Assembly (NCBI GenBank): GCA_009914755.4
Contig: CP068257.2
Span: 23,936,001 to 24,000,000, forward strand
Length of the DNA: 64,000 bases
Origin: the human T2T-CHM13v2.0 reference genome, Homo sapiens
Reading direction: 5' to 3'
Shown here one piece after another: positions 16,254-32,341 of this stretch. The position numbers and the translations under genes were made by a program. The notes under the pieces were generated by a model that saw only the letters and a program-made list of their open reading frames with translations, was not told where the DNA came from and ran no database searches. Numbering within the stretch: the first letter of the stretch is position 1; each line of letters opens with the position of its first letter.

Positions 16254-17658
16254 TGAGCTACAACTTATGTAGTTGTATGTCCTATATCTCTGCTTCTAAT
16301 CTACCTACCTCTTCTGACCACCAAACTGTATATCCAAGACCCATTTGGACATCCTCTAGGATGTTCCACAAGCACCTTACCCTGAAATTTGCAAACTGCA
16401 CAAATTACCACCTCTTTCCCCGCCCAAACTTGTTCTTCCTCCTGAATTTCCTGTCTTAGTACGATACCACCAACCACCCAGGTGTCCATGTGAAAAACCT
16501 GGGAGATTTCCTTGATTCCTTTCTCCTACCATATCTCCTTTATTCAATTCATTATCAAGTTGTCAATTTGACTGCCCAGTATCTCTCAAATCTACCCAAT
16601 TCTGTCAGTATAGCTAAAGGCACAGATGAAACTGCACAGCCCAGGTTCAAACCATGACTTTACCATTTACTATTGAGAGCTTTGTCTGTTTACCTCAGGG
16701 TGCTAAACAAGTAATATGTGTAGGTGCACCACAGGTGTATGCACAATTATGTGGCAAAGTTAGGGAACACTGGTTTATGCAAAAACACCCACTGACTGCT
16801 ACAGTCCCCCAGGCACTAATAAGGGTGCCAATTCGCTTGAATACTTATCCCTCCTGACCCACCTCCAAGAGATGCTCCTGTCCCCTGAGAGTCAAAGCCA
16901 CAAAAAGGTCCCACCCTTACTCCTGCAGCAGAAGGACTCAATCACTGACCCACCTTCAATGAACCAACTCTTTTGTCCTATCAAGCTTCCTCCAGAATTA
17001 TCCCCTTCCTCCTACCACACACTCAACTAAGTTACAAAAGTCCCAGAAGCCGCTACCAGTCCTTGACAGTTAGAGGAATGGGAAATCTCAATGTGTACTG
17101 AATGGAAGTCAAAAGTACACTGTCCAGTAAAGTACCATGGTGCACTTAAATGTGATTAGTACTAGTTAAAATGTGCCTTAAGTGTAAAACACATACCAGG
17201 TTCTGAAGATTTAGTGAAAAAGAATATAAAATAACATCAATATTTTAATATTGATTACACTAACATTTTAGATGTATCATTTAAATAAAATCATTAAAAT
17301 TAACTTCAACTTTTGTTTTGACTTTTTTTCAATGCAACTACAGAAAATTTCAAATTATACAGATGTCTCATATTATATTTCTTTTGGGCAGCATGTGCCT
17401 AGACTTTTGTCACAGAGAGTGACTTCACGTGTTCAGATAGTCCAAAGAATTTTCTTGTCGAATCAATGCTATAAATGGTGGTTTGGTTCTACAATACTAT
17501 CTGTACTCTAGTTAAAACAGTACATTACAACTGGTTTCTAAATCCACTGGTTCCAGGACACGCTAAAAATGTTTCAAGAAAAAGTGTTTCATGGGCAAAT
17601 ATATTTGGGAAATTTTCAATGTCCACTTTGGGAGACCGTTGAGTGCGATGAGTAAAAA

Positions 17659-17955
17659 TTTTTTTTTTTTTTTTGAGACGGAGTCTCGCTCTTTCGCCCA
17701 GGCCGGACTGCAGTGGCGCCAACTAGGCTCACTGCAAGCTCCACCTCCCGGGTTCACGCCATTCTCCTGCCTCAGCCTCCTGAGTAGCTGGGACTACAGG
17801 CGCCCGCCACCACGCCCAGCTAATTTTTTGTATTTTTAAAAGAGACGGGGTTTCACCATGTTAGCCAAGATGGTCTCGATCTCCTGACCTCGTGATCTGC
17901 CCGCCTCGGCCTCCCAAAGTGCTGGGATTACAGGCGAGAGCCACCGCGCCCAGCC
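17659..17955 (-). mobile_element. Alu (antisense)
   Basis: Poly-T gagacggagtctcgctctttcgcccagg ... gccaccgcgcccagcc. TSD gagtaaaa. Confidence 0.95.
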
Positions 17956-18860
17956 GAGTAAAATTTTTTAAGCCACTGTTCTTCAAACTCAGCTTAACAC
18001 AGTACATGGTTTCACATGTCAATTAACATCCTATAGAAGAATACTATAAGACAGACTGCTTTGAGAAATGCCAAGCTATAAAGCATGTGTCAAAAACACA
18101 CTCATAACTAACCCAATATATTTACGATAACCTATCCCTATGAGAATTTGTAATTCAACTTCTATATACCTAAAGAAATTCTAATCAGTAAACTTTCACA
18201 ATTCTTAGGTGCATATTTTGGCTTCAGACTCTGTTATTTTTTTTTTTACAGCACAGGTTTCTCTTTCTAGTTAGTTCTAATATTGTATTAGATTAATGTT
18301 AAAATTTAGCTCATGTTCTTACAACTGGTAGTAGAAGGTGAACTGAAAGTTTTCTGAGAACTGAGAAGCCAGGCAGGAATTAAAATGTTAAAGAAAATCC
18401 ATCAAATGAATAATTCACATGCAGAAGATTAAGACCTGGCTGTGTAAACATTTTACTTCAGCTGTCAGCCCCCTCCCAAACTGCTTGCATTTTCAATCTT
18501 ATCAGTGTCATTTTAAGTGTGGAGGGGTAGGAGAGAAACACTGCCAAATACACACAATTATATAGTCGCTTAACGTACATTATCACTTCACACTAGAAAG
18601 AAAAAAGGGAAACATGCCACTATGTTGATATAATGAGAAAGGCTGGTCCAAGAACAGAGAAGTAAAACAAAGTGAGAAAATTATCAAGGGACATGGGGAA
18701 CATTTTCCTCAGCGAAATAAATGAGATCACAGAGGTCTCAGACTGGAAAATAATACACTGTCACATGTATATCAAATATAAAAATTTTTAAGACCTGAAT
18801 TTTCTTTATTACATATAATACTGGGAGAGTTAGCCTTGATTTAAAGAAAGCCAACACTTA

Positions 18861-19151
<291 letters not shown>

Positions 19152-19877
19152 CTATAAAACTTCTTATTTACCTGTAATTAAGGTGTCAGCCTTCATTAAT
19201 ACTAATTATTAAAGAGAAAACTATACAGAAATTTTATCCAAATTATATAATTTCATCCAAATTATACAACCTTAAAATGTTTATTAAAACTATGATGCAG
19301 CAAGTAAAAATGCCAATAAATAAATAGCAAGACATAAAAATGTGTTTACAGTATGAATAAATCTAAGTTTATTAAATATATGGGGAAAAATTATTGTTTT
19401 CTTAATTAAGAAAGTTTCACTAGAAATGTAGCATCATCACCCACCCTGTACAAAGTATAGCATGTCCAATATTAAAAGTTTCTGCTTAATAAAAATGTCA
19501 ATTTTACACAATTAAAATGATGAAGAATACACATTAACAATGTGTTTAAGATTTTTAATAAAAATTCTAATTGAGCTTTCATACTGTAAATCATTACTAA
19601 TAACACAGAAAAAACCAAGCACTATTACACAAGTAATTTTTATAATGAAATTATTTCCATAAAAATCCTATTAGACTTTTTTGCATGAAATGACTTCTCT
19701 ATAAAGAATAATTTACTGTATAAAAAAATCAACATTCATGGTTTAATACAACTATTCCTTCAATGTAACTCTACCCTACTTTCTTTAAGCTGTCTACTCA
19801 ACCCAACTCCATGGAGTCGCAATCAGCTCACATATTTCTTTTGTAAGGTTTTATCTTTTAAAAAAGAAAAATGCAAA

Positions 19878-19990
19878 AGCCAAGCACAGTGGCATACACC
19901 TGCAGTTCCAGCTACTAGAAAGGCTGAGGCAGGAAGATTGCTTGGGCCCAGAAGTTCAAGGCCAGCCTGGGCAACATAGTGAGACCCCCA
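19878..19990 (+). mobile_element. Free left Alu monomer (FLAM-like) with A/GA-rich tail
   Basis: gccaagcacagtggcatacacctgcagttccagctactagaaaggctgaggcaggaagattgcttgggcccagaagttcaaggccagcctgggcaacatagtgagaccc, followed by A15 and (GA)n. Confidence 0.7.
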
Positions 19991-20179
19991 TCTCTTTAAA
20001 AAAAAAAAAAAAGAGAGAGAGAGAAAGAAAGAAAAAAGCAGTTATGTTTCACAGATAATGAAAATTAAATCTTGACCTCAGTTTTTACCTAACTTGCCCC
20101 AGTAAAAAAAATCTTAAATTTGGAGACATACTTGAAAAGGAAGAAGCTACACTGACAGGAGCCCAGAGGTCATGAAGAA

Positions 20180-20285
20180 ACAGTTCCAATCCCTTCCCTC
20201 CCCTCTTTCCATCCTCTTCTCTCTCTCTTCCCTCTCCCTTTTTCTCATTCTTTCTTGATTCCCTCTTCTCTCCCTCTCAATATTA
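20180..20285. repeat. CT-rich low-complexity tract (polypyrimidine on plus strand)
   Basis: ccttccctcccctctttccatcctcttctctctctcttccctctccctttttctcattctttcttgattccctcttctctccctctc. Confidence 0.8.
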
Positions 20286-21189
20286 TGTAATATGCGCAGG
20301 ATTATACAAAAAGTAATTTCCAAGGCCAAATTTAAAGCTGGATCTGCCCTTACTCCAAAATCCTTGCTTTTAAGAACCACTACAGTATTTTACTAAATCT
20401 AAGATGTATTACTAAGGGGAAAAAAAAAAAAAAAACACTACAAATTCTAATTGCAAGATACCATCTAATATAAGGCTTATATATTTTCAGAGATATTAAA
20501 TATAAAAAGAATGTACACAGTGGAAATGATAAAATGATGTGCTACACTGCTTCCCCTTTTCAGATCTCCAGACTCCCAATACATAGGACATATAGTTTTG
20601 TTTAATTAAGAATTAGGTATTTGCCTATTCTCCCCAGTCAGAACTACATCTCCAGGCTTGACCTTTGATAACCATCAGCACCCCTTACCTACTGAGCACC
20701 TGATCTAGACTGTCCTTGTTAGGCTCTGTTGCTACCCAAGTCCCAGACCAACAAGGACCATCCTCATTACAAAGGCAAACCATTCACAAAGAGTTTAGTT
20801 TGTTAATATTTCATTTGTTGATGCTTGAGTTAGCTTTGTCAAAGTCTGATTCTTTAATTCACCCAGCTCTCAATGTGACCCTTGTATATACAGGGACCTC
20901 ACTGTATGCAACAAGTTAAAATGGTTTAGGGGAGTGGTTTTCAAATTGTGCTCCAGCGACCCAAACAAGTATGGCTCCAGGCCCCCTACTACCACATGGG
21001 TCAAGATAGTTAAGTTTTTATATTTTATATTCTGGGCCTCTTGAAAACCACTACCTTAAAACCACTTAGAATGAACATCAAGAAAAGGTCAAGCAGAACA
21101 TAAAGTTTCAAGACAACTGACCATGTTGATGTAAATACTCTCATTCACATCCCTCTGTCTTAAATAGGCTGAAAAAGCAACAACACCAA

Positions 21190-21247
21190 TAGATAGATAG
21201 ATAGACAGACAGACAGATACATAGATACATAGATAGATACATAGATT
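21190..21247. repeat. Tetranucleotide microsatellite (GATA)n / (CAGA)n, imperfect
   Basis: agatagatagatagacagacagacagatacatagatacatagatagatacatagat. Confidence 0.9.
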
Positions 21248-21306
21248 CTTTTAAATGTTCTCAACATGCAGTACCATTCAACAATACTAACATAGGAATC
21301 ATTCTA

Positions 21307-21477
<171 letters not shown>

Positions 21478-21695
21478 TTACTAATTTGCAACAACTGAAT
21501 ATTTAGACCATAAAAAGGATTAGCACTCTCTCCCAACTCTACAAATTATAAAATGGTTGCCATTCTTCCAGCTGCTTGCCAGAGCTCTGTCAAATTTCCC
21601 TTAGCCAAAAGATTGTCAACCCCAAATCACAAATATTTTTTAAACATTCAAGTTTTCTTCAAAAATGCTATTGCCATACAGATTTCATACAGTTA

Positions 21696-22019
<324 letters not shown>

Positions 22020-22386
22020 TTAATGGATACAAAATGTTACATTTCTTTTATATCCCCTAAATATCTTCTTTTTGGGGTTTTGTTCTTAGAATCATTTCTT
22101 GAGCTTCTTTCAAATATTTTAGGTATATCTACTTCTTAAAAAAAAAAAAAATTAGACACGTGATCCTACCATACTTACTATTCCAAAATCCTAGTTTTAG
22201 CAAAATTACAGTCCACACCCTGTCATTTCACCAAAGTGCTGTCACTTTCCAAAGTAATGGTCCTGTCTGGTGAAATATTACCACCTAAGCACAGCTCTTT
22301 ACAGTAGTCTACTTATACTCAGATTTCCTCCTCCTCTATACATCCAATTTGGAAATATATGCTTAAAGTAAAAAATAAACGCTAAG

Positions 22387-22775
<389 letters not shown>

Positions 22776-22920
22776 TCATGTTTCATCATAGTAAGAAAGA
22801 TTTTGTTACCCATGATAAATGACACATATGTATAATGGTAATTTATATTAGTACTAAACTCTATACGTCATCAAAAATAGGTACCAAAATATTTAAGGAT
22901 CACAAAAAGACATATACTTA

Positions 22921-23034
<114 letters not shown>

Positions 23035-23840
23035 CTAGAAAAAAAATATACATATATAAAATATATATAAACACACTGAGATTCACTAAAGTTTTGACAA
23101 TATTAAATTTTAAGTGAACTTCTGACTTAGAAAATATTTCTCATATATCTCTGTTCACACAATGTAGCAACAGTTACCATCAGGCCATGACGTTACCTCG
23201 ACCAAGCAAAAATCAAAAAAGAATGAAGCATGAACCTCAGGTTCTTAGCAATGTTTCTGTGCAAGATTTCAAACACCATAATGGTTATCAACCCCGACAG
23301 ATAGTTTTATTACCTGAAAGTATTTATTTTTAACCCACGATAAAGTTAACTTGTTAACAAACTTGTGCTAAAGTAAAATAAATATATTAATTATGTAACT
23401 TTGTATCATTTATAAATATGGAGAAAAACTCAACTTTTATGAATTATTAGTGACTCTTATCCTCTACCTAACACCCTAACACATCGTTCAGATTACTCAT
23501 ATTTACAGCAGAGCAGCAGGAACTGGGCTTTCATCTTACCAGCACATTTTGATTCATGGACATGCCTGAGATGGTATCAGAGCAATGACCTGATCAGTCA
23601 CAAGGAGAAACCTGCACCATACCTGTCCATCGTGTTCCCCTCCTGCTGACACTACTCTGTGCACTTTTCAGAAGCTCTTCTTAACATCTGAGGACTACAA
23701 AAGTGGGATCACTTCTCCATTATAAATTCAATGCAACCATATTACACTAAAAATAAGTACCGACCCAGGCCTTGAAGGCAAGTAGCAACATGTACTTCTT
23801 CATCTATCCTACCTAAATGTCTCTAAATGTCTGTTGAACT

Positions 23841-24070
23841 CCAGTCAGAATGCCTAGGTTCAAATCTGGGCTCCACTATTTCCTAAATCAGTAACCTTGG
23901 TCAAGCTGCTGAACTTCTCTTTGTCTCAGTTTATTCATCGGGAAAATGGGGAGAATAGCACGAACTCACAGAGTTTGTATGAAGGTTAAATGAGTTAATA
24001 TCTGTAAATCACCTAGAACAGTGCCTGATACATAATACATACATACTCATTGTTGGCTATTACTGTCATT
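23841..24070 (+). mobile_element. MIR (mammalian-wide interspersed repeat)
   Basis: ggttcaaatctgggctccactatttcctaaatcagtaaccttggtcaagctgctgaacttctctttgtctcagtttattcatcgggaaaatggggagaatagcac ... acctagaacagtgcctgatacataatacatac. Confidence 0.9.
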
Positions 24071-24424
24071 TCTATCATTTTCTTGTTCAACTATTTCAAC
24101 AAATATTTATTAAACACCTACTGTATGTATATCAAGAACTAGGTCCAATAAGGGAAATGGTCCCTATCTTCACATTCGACCGTTTATGTTACAAGACAAA
24201 ATTAAAATATCATATCTAGAGACTAGCCAAGTTGTGTGAGACCTTAGAGAAAAGAGGATTAATTTTGACAAGGAGAAACTTAGAAGTTTCCACAAAGCAG
24301 ATGGCCTTTTAATTGAATTGTAAAAGATAAATAGGATTTTAATAGAGAGAAAAGAAAATGCTCACATTTGGCGAAAGCATCAACAAAAGCAAGGTGGATA
24401 ACACAGCATAAACCATTAGTGACT

Positions 24425-24765
24425 GATATGGTTTAGCCCTGTGTTCCCACCCAAATCTCATCTCGAACGAAGGAGAGACCTGGTAGAAGGTGACTGGATA
24501 ATGGGGCGGTTTCCCCCAGGCTGTTCTCTTGATAGTGAGTTGAGTTCTCATGAGATCTAATGGTTTAAAGGTGTTTAGCAGTTCTTCCCTCACTCTCTCT
24601 CTTGCCTCCATGTAAGATGTTCCTGCTTCCCCTTCTACTATGATTGTTAAGTTTCCTGAAGCCTCTCCAGCCATGAAAAATTGAGTCAATTAAACTTCTT
24701 TTCTTTATAAATTACCCAGTCTCAGGGAGTTCTTTATAGCCGTGTGAAAACGGACTAATACAGTG
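24425..24765 (+). mobile_element. MaLR LTR (THE1/MST-like solo LTR)
   Basis: tgatatggtttagccctgtgttcccacccaaatctcatctcgaa ... tgagttctcatgagatctaatggtttaaaggtg ... ctccatgtaagatgttcctgcttcccc ... aattaaacttcttttctttataaattacccagtctcaggg ... gtgtgaaaacggactaatacag. Confidence 0.85.
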
Positions 24766-25308
24766 ACCAAGTACTCTAAAGAGGCCAGAGCAAGGAGGAA
24801 GTGGAAAGAAGCAGGGGGGAGGCCAAGCTGGAAAGGCAGGCTGGGAACAGATTATACAGGGCCTGGAAAGCTATGTGAATGTTAACAGGTAGGCAAGTTC
24901 TTTAGGTTTAAGTGACATGATCCTTGGACAAGTCACTTAATAAAGCTGTTATATGCCTGTAAAAGAACAACTTTTAAGTAACGAAAAAAAATAGTGGGGG
25001 GATGGGTAAGCAGAAAGAGTTAAAAAGTTATTGAAATCATCTAGATAAGATGGTCAAAGGCTGAATTCAAGCAGTAGCAGTGGAAATGGAATCACCCACA
25101 ATATAGAGAGTGATTAATGAATGTAAGTTGAACAAAGATATGAATATAAAAGACATAGCGTACAAAAATACCCACAAATGGATGCCACTGATAAGTTCTG
25201 AACTACAAAAGTGCCTAATCTAACAGGTAAAACATTGACTAAAGAGTACAATACAACATTTGAACTTGGCCATATTTTTACATTACACCCCATAGAAAAC
25301 AGGTCTTA

Positions 25309-25524
<216 letters not shown>

Positions 25525-25575
25525 TTATCTAACAAAATCCAGAGTGAAAAGTTACATGTTTAAGTGCTATATTTA

Positions 25576-25902
<327 letters not shown>

Positions 25903-26329
25903 TTACAAAATTTGTTCAGGCTACATCTAGTTTGAAATTAATTTGCTAATTATTAATGAAAAAAGTTACACTTGAATATTCAGAGAGCAGCATCATGGAT
26001 ACATTTGGATAGATACACACACAACTCAAAGTAAAAGGGAAATATATTAATACACACCTTCAAAAATCAGTTCTAGATTGGTTTTGGGTCTTGCTCCCAA
26101 ACCATCTCTTATTTCCATGACATAGATGCTTCAAGTTAAATACAGTAGTTATCATTTTTTAATAATTAATATTAACTCCCGGATAAGCCAATCAGCTCTG
26201 GTCTGTTTCATCATCCCAGAATGCAATGCCAACTGTTAATGCCAATTAGATGTTCTGCAATTACACAGCTACTCACAAAAGTAGTCAAACTACAAGGTCT
26301 AAATTATCAACCACTACATAAACCCCGTA

Positions 26330-26440
26330 AAGTCAGGGATCATGTCTACTTTTGCTCACTCATCAGTATATCCAGAGTCTAGCACCAGGCCTGGAATATA
26401 GCAGGTGTTCAATAACAGTTTACTGAATGACTGCAAGCAT
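26330..26440 (+). mobile_element. MIR 3' portion
   Basis: catcagtatatccagagtctagcaccaggcctggaatatagcaggtgttcaataacagtttactgaatgactg. Confidence 0.75.
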
Positions 26441-27107
26441 GAATGACAAGAACGTCTCATGGCAGGGGTCATGCTGAGGATGTTTCAGAAGCTTCATCAC
26501 TACATGTGATGTGTATAAAGCTCCTTAAGGGCCTGAGTTTTGTCTTATCCTCCTCTGTAGTCCTAATGCCTATCATATCGCAGAGGTTCCAGAAATACTT
26601 GAAAACCAAATGAGTAAATATTTATAAGTACTAATTCAAATGCCAGAGTGAAGGAAGATTAAGAGTGAGTGTACACTCTCTAGGCCAGTTTAAGCTGATA
26701 ACTAAAGTTGTTAATTACTTAAATGGAATGGTTACTGAGTTTTCCAAAAGTTTAAGCAATGCAGCTAGTCATGCCTGTATCTGTTTTGGGGCTTCTTTAG
26801 TTTAAATATTACCAGTTCTATCAAACGTACTATCAAAACATTTTGATCAAAAATAAAATATAGAAGTTCTTATTCCCTTCATTTCCACACAAAATCACAC
26901 ATGGGGCACAGTTGTCTCCTTTAAGATATACATAAATACTTTTACCCCAATCACATTCACCCCATGCACATTCCCACTCACACATTTACCACATGTACAT
27001 CTAAATGTCAACAAAAATACAACACAGAGAGAGCCAAGTGGAAAGCAGATGATAGATTAAGTTAGGCTATACAATGAAGAGGGGAGAAAGAAAAAGGCAG
27101 CAAAAAA

Positions 27108-27345
27108 AAGCTGATCATCTGAGGCCATGGCAATCCCTTTACACCAAAATCCTTTCTTGAGACCTGCACGGTGACTCCTCCCACCACATCACAGCCCTAG
27201 CTAAAAGGAGCAAGCAAATTCCAGCTACTTGGGAGGCTGAAGCAGGAGGAGAGCTTGAGGTCAGAAGTTCAAGACCAGCCTGGGCACCACAGCCACCCTC
27301 TCTCTCAAAAATAAAAATAAATTAGCCAGGTGTGATGGTGGGCAC
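27108..27345 (+). repeat. Left arm of a roughly 240-bp inverted duplication (unique flank plus the 5' third of an old Alu)
   Basis: gatcatctgaggccatggcaatccctttacaccaaaatcctttcttgagacctgcacggtgactcctcccaccacatcacagccctagctaaaaggagcaagcaaattccagctacttgggaggctgaagcaggagga ... attagccagg. The old 5'-truncated Alu continues to about 27470. Confidence 0.85.
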
Positions 27346-27689
27346 CTGTAGTCCCAGCTACTTGGTAGGCTGAGGCTAGGAGTTTCAGTGAGCTATGATA
27401 GTACCACTACACTCCAGCCTGGGAGCAGGGCCAGACCCCCATCTCTAAAATTAAATTAAATTAAAGGAGAAAGCACACTAGTAACAATGCACTCAGGTCT
27501 GGCCACCTTCTGCCAGAAAATTATCTAGTACCATAAACAAAGCCAGATTCAAACAAGCGCCAGGCAGGACAATCTGTGCACTACAGTGCCAACCTTGCAA
27601 TACTCAGAGTACCCTCCAGAACTACAGGGACAGTGAATAGACAATAAGGTGCCAGATAAAGAACCTCTGGGAAGTCCAGGGACTTCTGC

Positions 27690-27930
27690 GCCCACCACAT
27701 CTGGCTAATTTATTTCTATTTTTATTTTTTGAGAGACAGGGTGGCTATGGTGCCCAGGCTGGTCTTGAACTTCTGGCCTCAAGCTATCCTCCTGCTTCAG
27801 CCTCCCAAGTAACTGGGATTTGCTTGCTCTTTTTAGCTAGGTCTGTGATGTGGTGGGAGCAGTCACCATGCAGGTCTCAAGAAAGGATTTTGGTATAAAG
27901 GGATTGCCATGGCCACAGATGACCAGAAGT
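27690..27930 (-). repeat. Right arm of the inverted duplication (reverse complement of 27108-27345, roughly 93-95% identical)
   Basis: The reverse complement of atttgcttgctctttttagctaggtctgtgatgtggtgggagcagtcaccatgcaggtctcaagaaaggattttggtataaagggattgccatggcc matches the left arm, and the Alu portion of the arm matches too. The arms are separated by a spacer of about 345 bp. Confidence 0.85.
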
Positions 27931-28006
27931 AATTACAGCATCCTGTCTCCTGCACCAGTGCTTCCACACAGCTTAAGTAAAAGGGTCAAAACTGTAACCT
28001 GATTCT

Positions 28007-28286
<280 letters not shown>

Positions 28287-28952
28287 TCAGAGGTAAAATT
28301 AAACCAATTTGTAATATTAACAAACACCAGCGGAAGAAACAGAGCTGGCCCAGATACGTGCCTCTACTTTTAAATTTGGCTCTTTCACATCAGATCGCTA
28401 TTTCCCACCAATTTCCTGTGTCGTGTTTCCAATCAGTGCTTTACAATAAGGGGCAAAAAGTAACCAGGAAACGGAGTCAAAACTGGACTAGAGTCATTGG
28501 GAAGGTGAACAAAGTGGTCGGTTTGACAGGGTCTGAAGAAAAACAAGAAAATTTCAGGAAACCAAAGGTCCCACACCGAAACTATCAATATCCAGAATGA
28601 GAAATGCTGAGTTTATATCCCAAAGGCCAAATCAGGGAACCTGCCAAGGCAAGTACGAGTATTCCTTGGGAAGACATGGACAGATGTGCACGGAACGTGC
28701 GCTGCTTCCCAGAGGCGGGCCCAAGCTCCTCCCGCGGCCTGGCTCCGACCCCTGGCCCCGACCCCTGCCCTTGCCCCTGCCCTCCGCCAGACCCTCGTTC
28801 CCATAAATTAGTCCTCCCAAGCTGTGCAAGAGCGACCGCCGCGGAGGGACTAAGAAACCCTCCTCCTTCCTCTGCCCCGCGGAACCTCCCCGGCCCCGCC
28901 TCAGACCCAATCTAGACAGACACCACTATCTAGGCCTCGCTCCCTGTCCCTA

Positions 28953-29483
<531 letters not shown>

Positions 29484-30999
29484 TCAGCGATGACATCCTC
29501 TAGCGCGTGGCTTAACTTTCAATTGTGCCGGGTAGGTTCTTAGTTCGGCTGGAGTGGGTCTGCACCCCGGTTCTCCCCTTAGCTGTGGTAATAGAGGCCT
29601 CGGAACACGTCCCCTTGACTTTGGAGAGGACGTTGTAATTCCTAAGAGCTCTTTACAAATTTTCTAGTTTAGTTTATATAGTATAGGATGTATAGGAGAA
29701 GGCATCCCGGGGCAGAATTTTTGTCTCTAGTTCACTGATGTATCCCAAGCGCCCAGAACAGAGCACAGCGCAGTCAGCGCTCAACAGATGTTTCTTGAAT
29801 GAATGAATGAATGAATGCCCTTGCAGGCAAACTTCAGCTCATTGTCTAATTTTTCTGTCCTACCAGGACGTGAGTGTTATTTGAAGTAAGCACTCTGTAG
29901 GTACAGGATGGAAATATTTTCATTTACAGTAGTTTAATTCTGTGGCTTTACTTAAGGGTGTCGAATTCAGCCTTTCCCCCACTCTGTCCTTTGCCTTGCA
30001 ATTGGAATGCGCCGCCACCAGGTGGAAGTGCCGCCTAAGGTACAAATATGACCCTGCGCCACGATAGATCGACCGTCTCCTTGGCCCAAATGTTACACTC
30101 ACAACCACTGCGCCAGGAAAGTGTAAGTATCTTCACTTTTTAAAATGGGAAATGTAAGTGACGGAGCTTGGATTTACATCCAGTCTACATTTTACCAGGC
30201 TACATTTCATTTAAGATCCTAATTCAAACCACGAAATGTACATATATACATATAGTGTTGGAGGGCGGGTGTATCTTTTGCTTCCTCAAATTTGCATACA
30301 GTTCCCATGAAAGCTGTCTGTTTCATCGGCCTTTTAGAGCCTGTACCCATTTAACCTTACCTAGAAACACTCTAGTGCCCTTAGAACATCTTAGAGCCAC
30401 ATTTAAGCAAAGCCTCTGAACATAAACTTAAGCAAGTTTGATCACAAACCCATTGGAGGCAGGTAATTGGAGTTCACCGGTATGAGAAATTAACCTAGTT
30501 GAAAGGTTGTCACTAGTGATAATGGCCAAAAAATACTATGTGCCAATCATAGGGCTTGGTTTATTAATTTTCACAACCTACCTGAGCAATTGGCATAATA
30601 ATCTTCATATTCCAGGAAAATAAATTCAGGTTTTAAGAGCTTGAGAGACATACCCGAGGTAAATCTTTGGCCAAGAATTCCCCCCAAATATTTTCTTACT
30701 CTGAATCTTCTTTATCTTGCCTTCTTTATCAACCAGCTCCCCAAATCTTAGTCTCATTCTGTCAATGTCTCTGCCAAATAAAAAGTATCAAGTCTGTAAC
30801 AGTAAATATCTAAGATAAGCCTGGATCATTACTGTGCCAGAAAGCCTACAACTAACTATAAAATACAGACAAACAGAAACATGTTAAAAAGGACGGCGGA
30901 CCAAGCTCGAAGGTCCTCCCGCTGTCCAAATTTGGGAGAGTTTGCATAACAAAAAGAATAATGCTGAAATATTATGACATGTATATTAAAAATTCATGA

Positions 31000-31960
31000 A
31001 TCCGTAATGACACTCAAGAATAAATCAGTGTAGAAAGAGTGAAGAGAGTTTTCTGTACAAAAGAATGCCAGATAATAAAAGTCATAGGAATAATAGAATA
31101 GGGAAAATCACCATTCTGCATCTACCAATGTAACCATTGGTACAGGAAGGGATCGTCAATAGATGCTAAAATCAGTAGAGAAAGTTTGTTGAGGATCAAT
31201 ATAGTCACATAGTCTCTAACTATCACCTCACAAATTACTGACAAAATACAAATGGATAAGTGAAACTTTTCAATGGAGAAATCTGGTGGATATCATCATC
31301 AAGTGGTCAAACTTATCATCACCCAAAATGAGACAATCTGACATTATTTGTGCTTCTTGGTTGTGATATAAACAATATTATCTATGGAGTATTCCTAACA
31401 TAAATATTTAACCTGAATCTAAAGAATTATGAGGAAATCAGGTATATCCAAAAAGTGATATATTCTACAAAACAACTGACCTAAACTCTTCAAAAATGTA
31501 AGTTTTATGAAAGATGAACCCCCAAATAGTTAATAAACTGTCCTAAATTAAAGGAGACTAAAGAAATATACAGTTATTATCAATGCATGATCCTCGCTAG
31601 GTTTTGGATCAGGAAAAAAATTTACAAAGAATGTTATTGTGACAGAGAAACTTGAACTGTATACTAAATAATATTATATCAATGTTATACTTCTTGGATA
31701 CAATAATAGTGTCATGGTCATATAGGAAATAATCCTTATTCTTAAGATATATATATTAAAATATTTAGGAACCAAATATCACTATGCCTATAACAAACTC
31801 CCAAATGTTTCAGCAAAAACAGGGAGCTCTAATATTGAGGGAGGGAACAAGACAAATTTAGCAAATGTGGCAAAATGTTAACAATTAGAGAATCTAAGTG
31901 AGGATTTTAGTTGAACTACTCCTTCAACTTTATTCTGAAATGTTTCAACATCAAAACTTT
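31000..31960 (+). mobile_element. Ancient L1 (L1MB-ME-type) 3'-end fragment
   Basis: ctaaattaaaggagactaaagaaatatacag ... gatcctcgctaggttttggatcaggaaaaaaa ... gcaaatgtggcaaaatgttaacaattagagaatctaagtgagg matches the L1M 3'UTR consensus I remember. Confidence 0.6.
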
Positions 31961-32341
31961 GGAGAATAACTTCAGTGGTTTTCAACCATGAAAGTTTATT
32001 TTGCTTATGTTGGCTGTCAGTGATGGCAGCTACCAGCCAATTGCGGCTCTGCAACTTTATTCCAGAATCCAGGCCATAGAAGCAGCCCCTACTTGGTCTT
32101 GTGCTTCTTGTGGCAGAGGGAAAAGAATGCAGTTAACCACCTTGTGCACTGGCTCTTAAGAGCTTCTGTTCAGACTCACCTGTGTCTCAGCCACACAGTC
32201 CCCTGGCCCCAGCAAGTCCCCTGGTCAAGATCAATGTCAATCAAGTAGGATGCCTCCTGCAGGGAGCCAGTAAATGAGGTTATATACTTCACATTCAAGG
32301 AGGAATGCAAATCACTGGAATCAAGATTCAATAACAACGCC

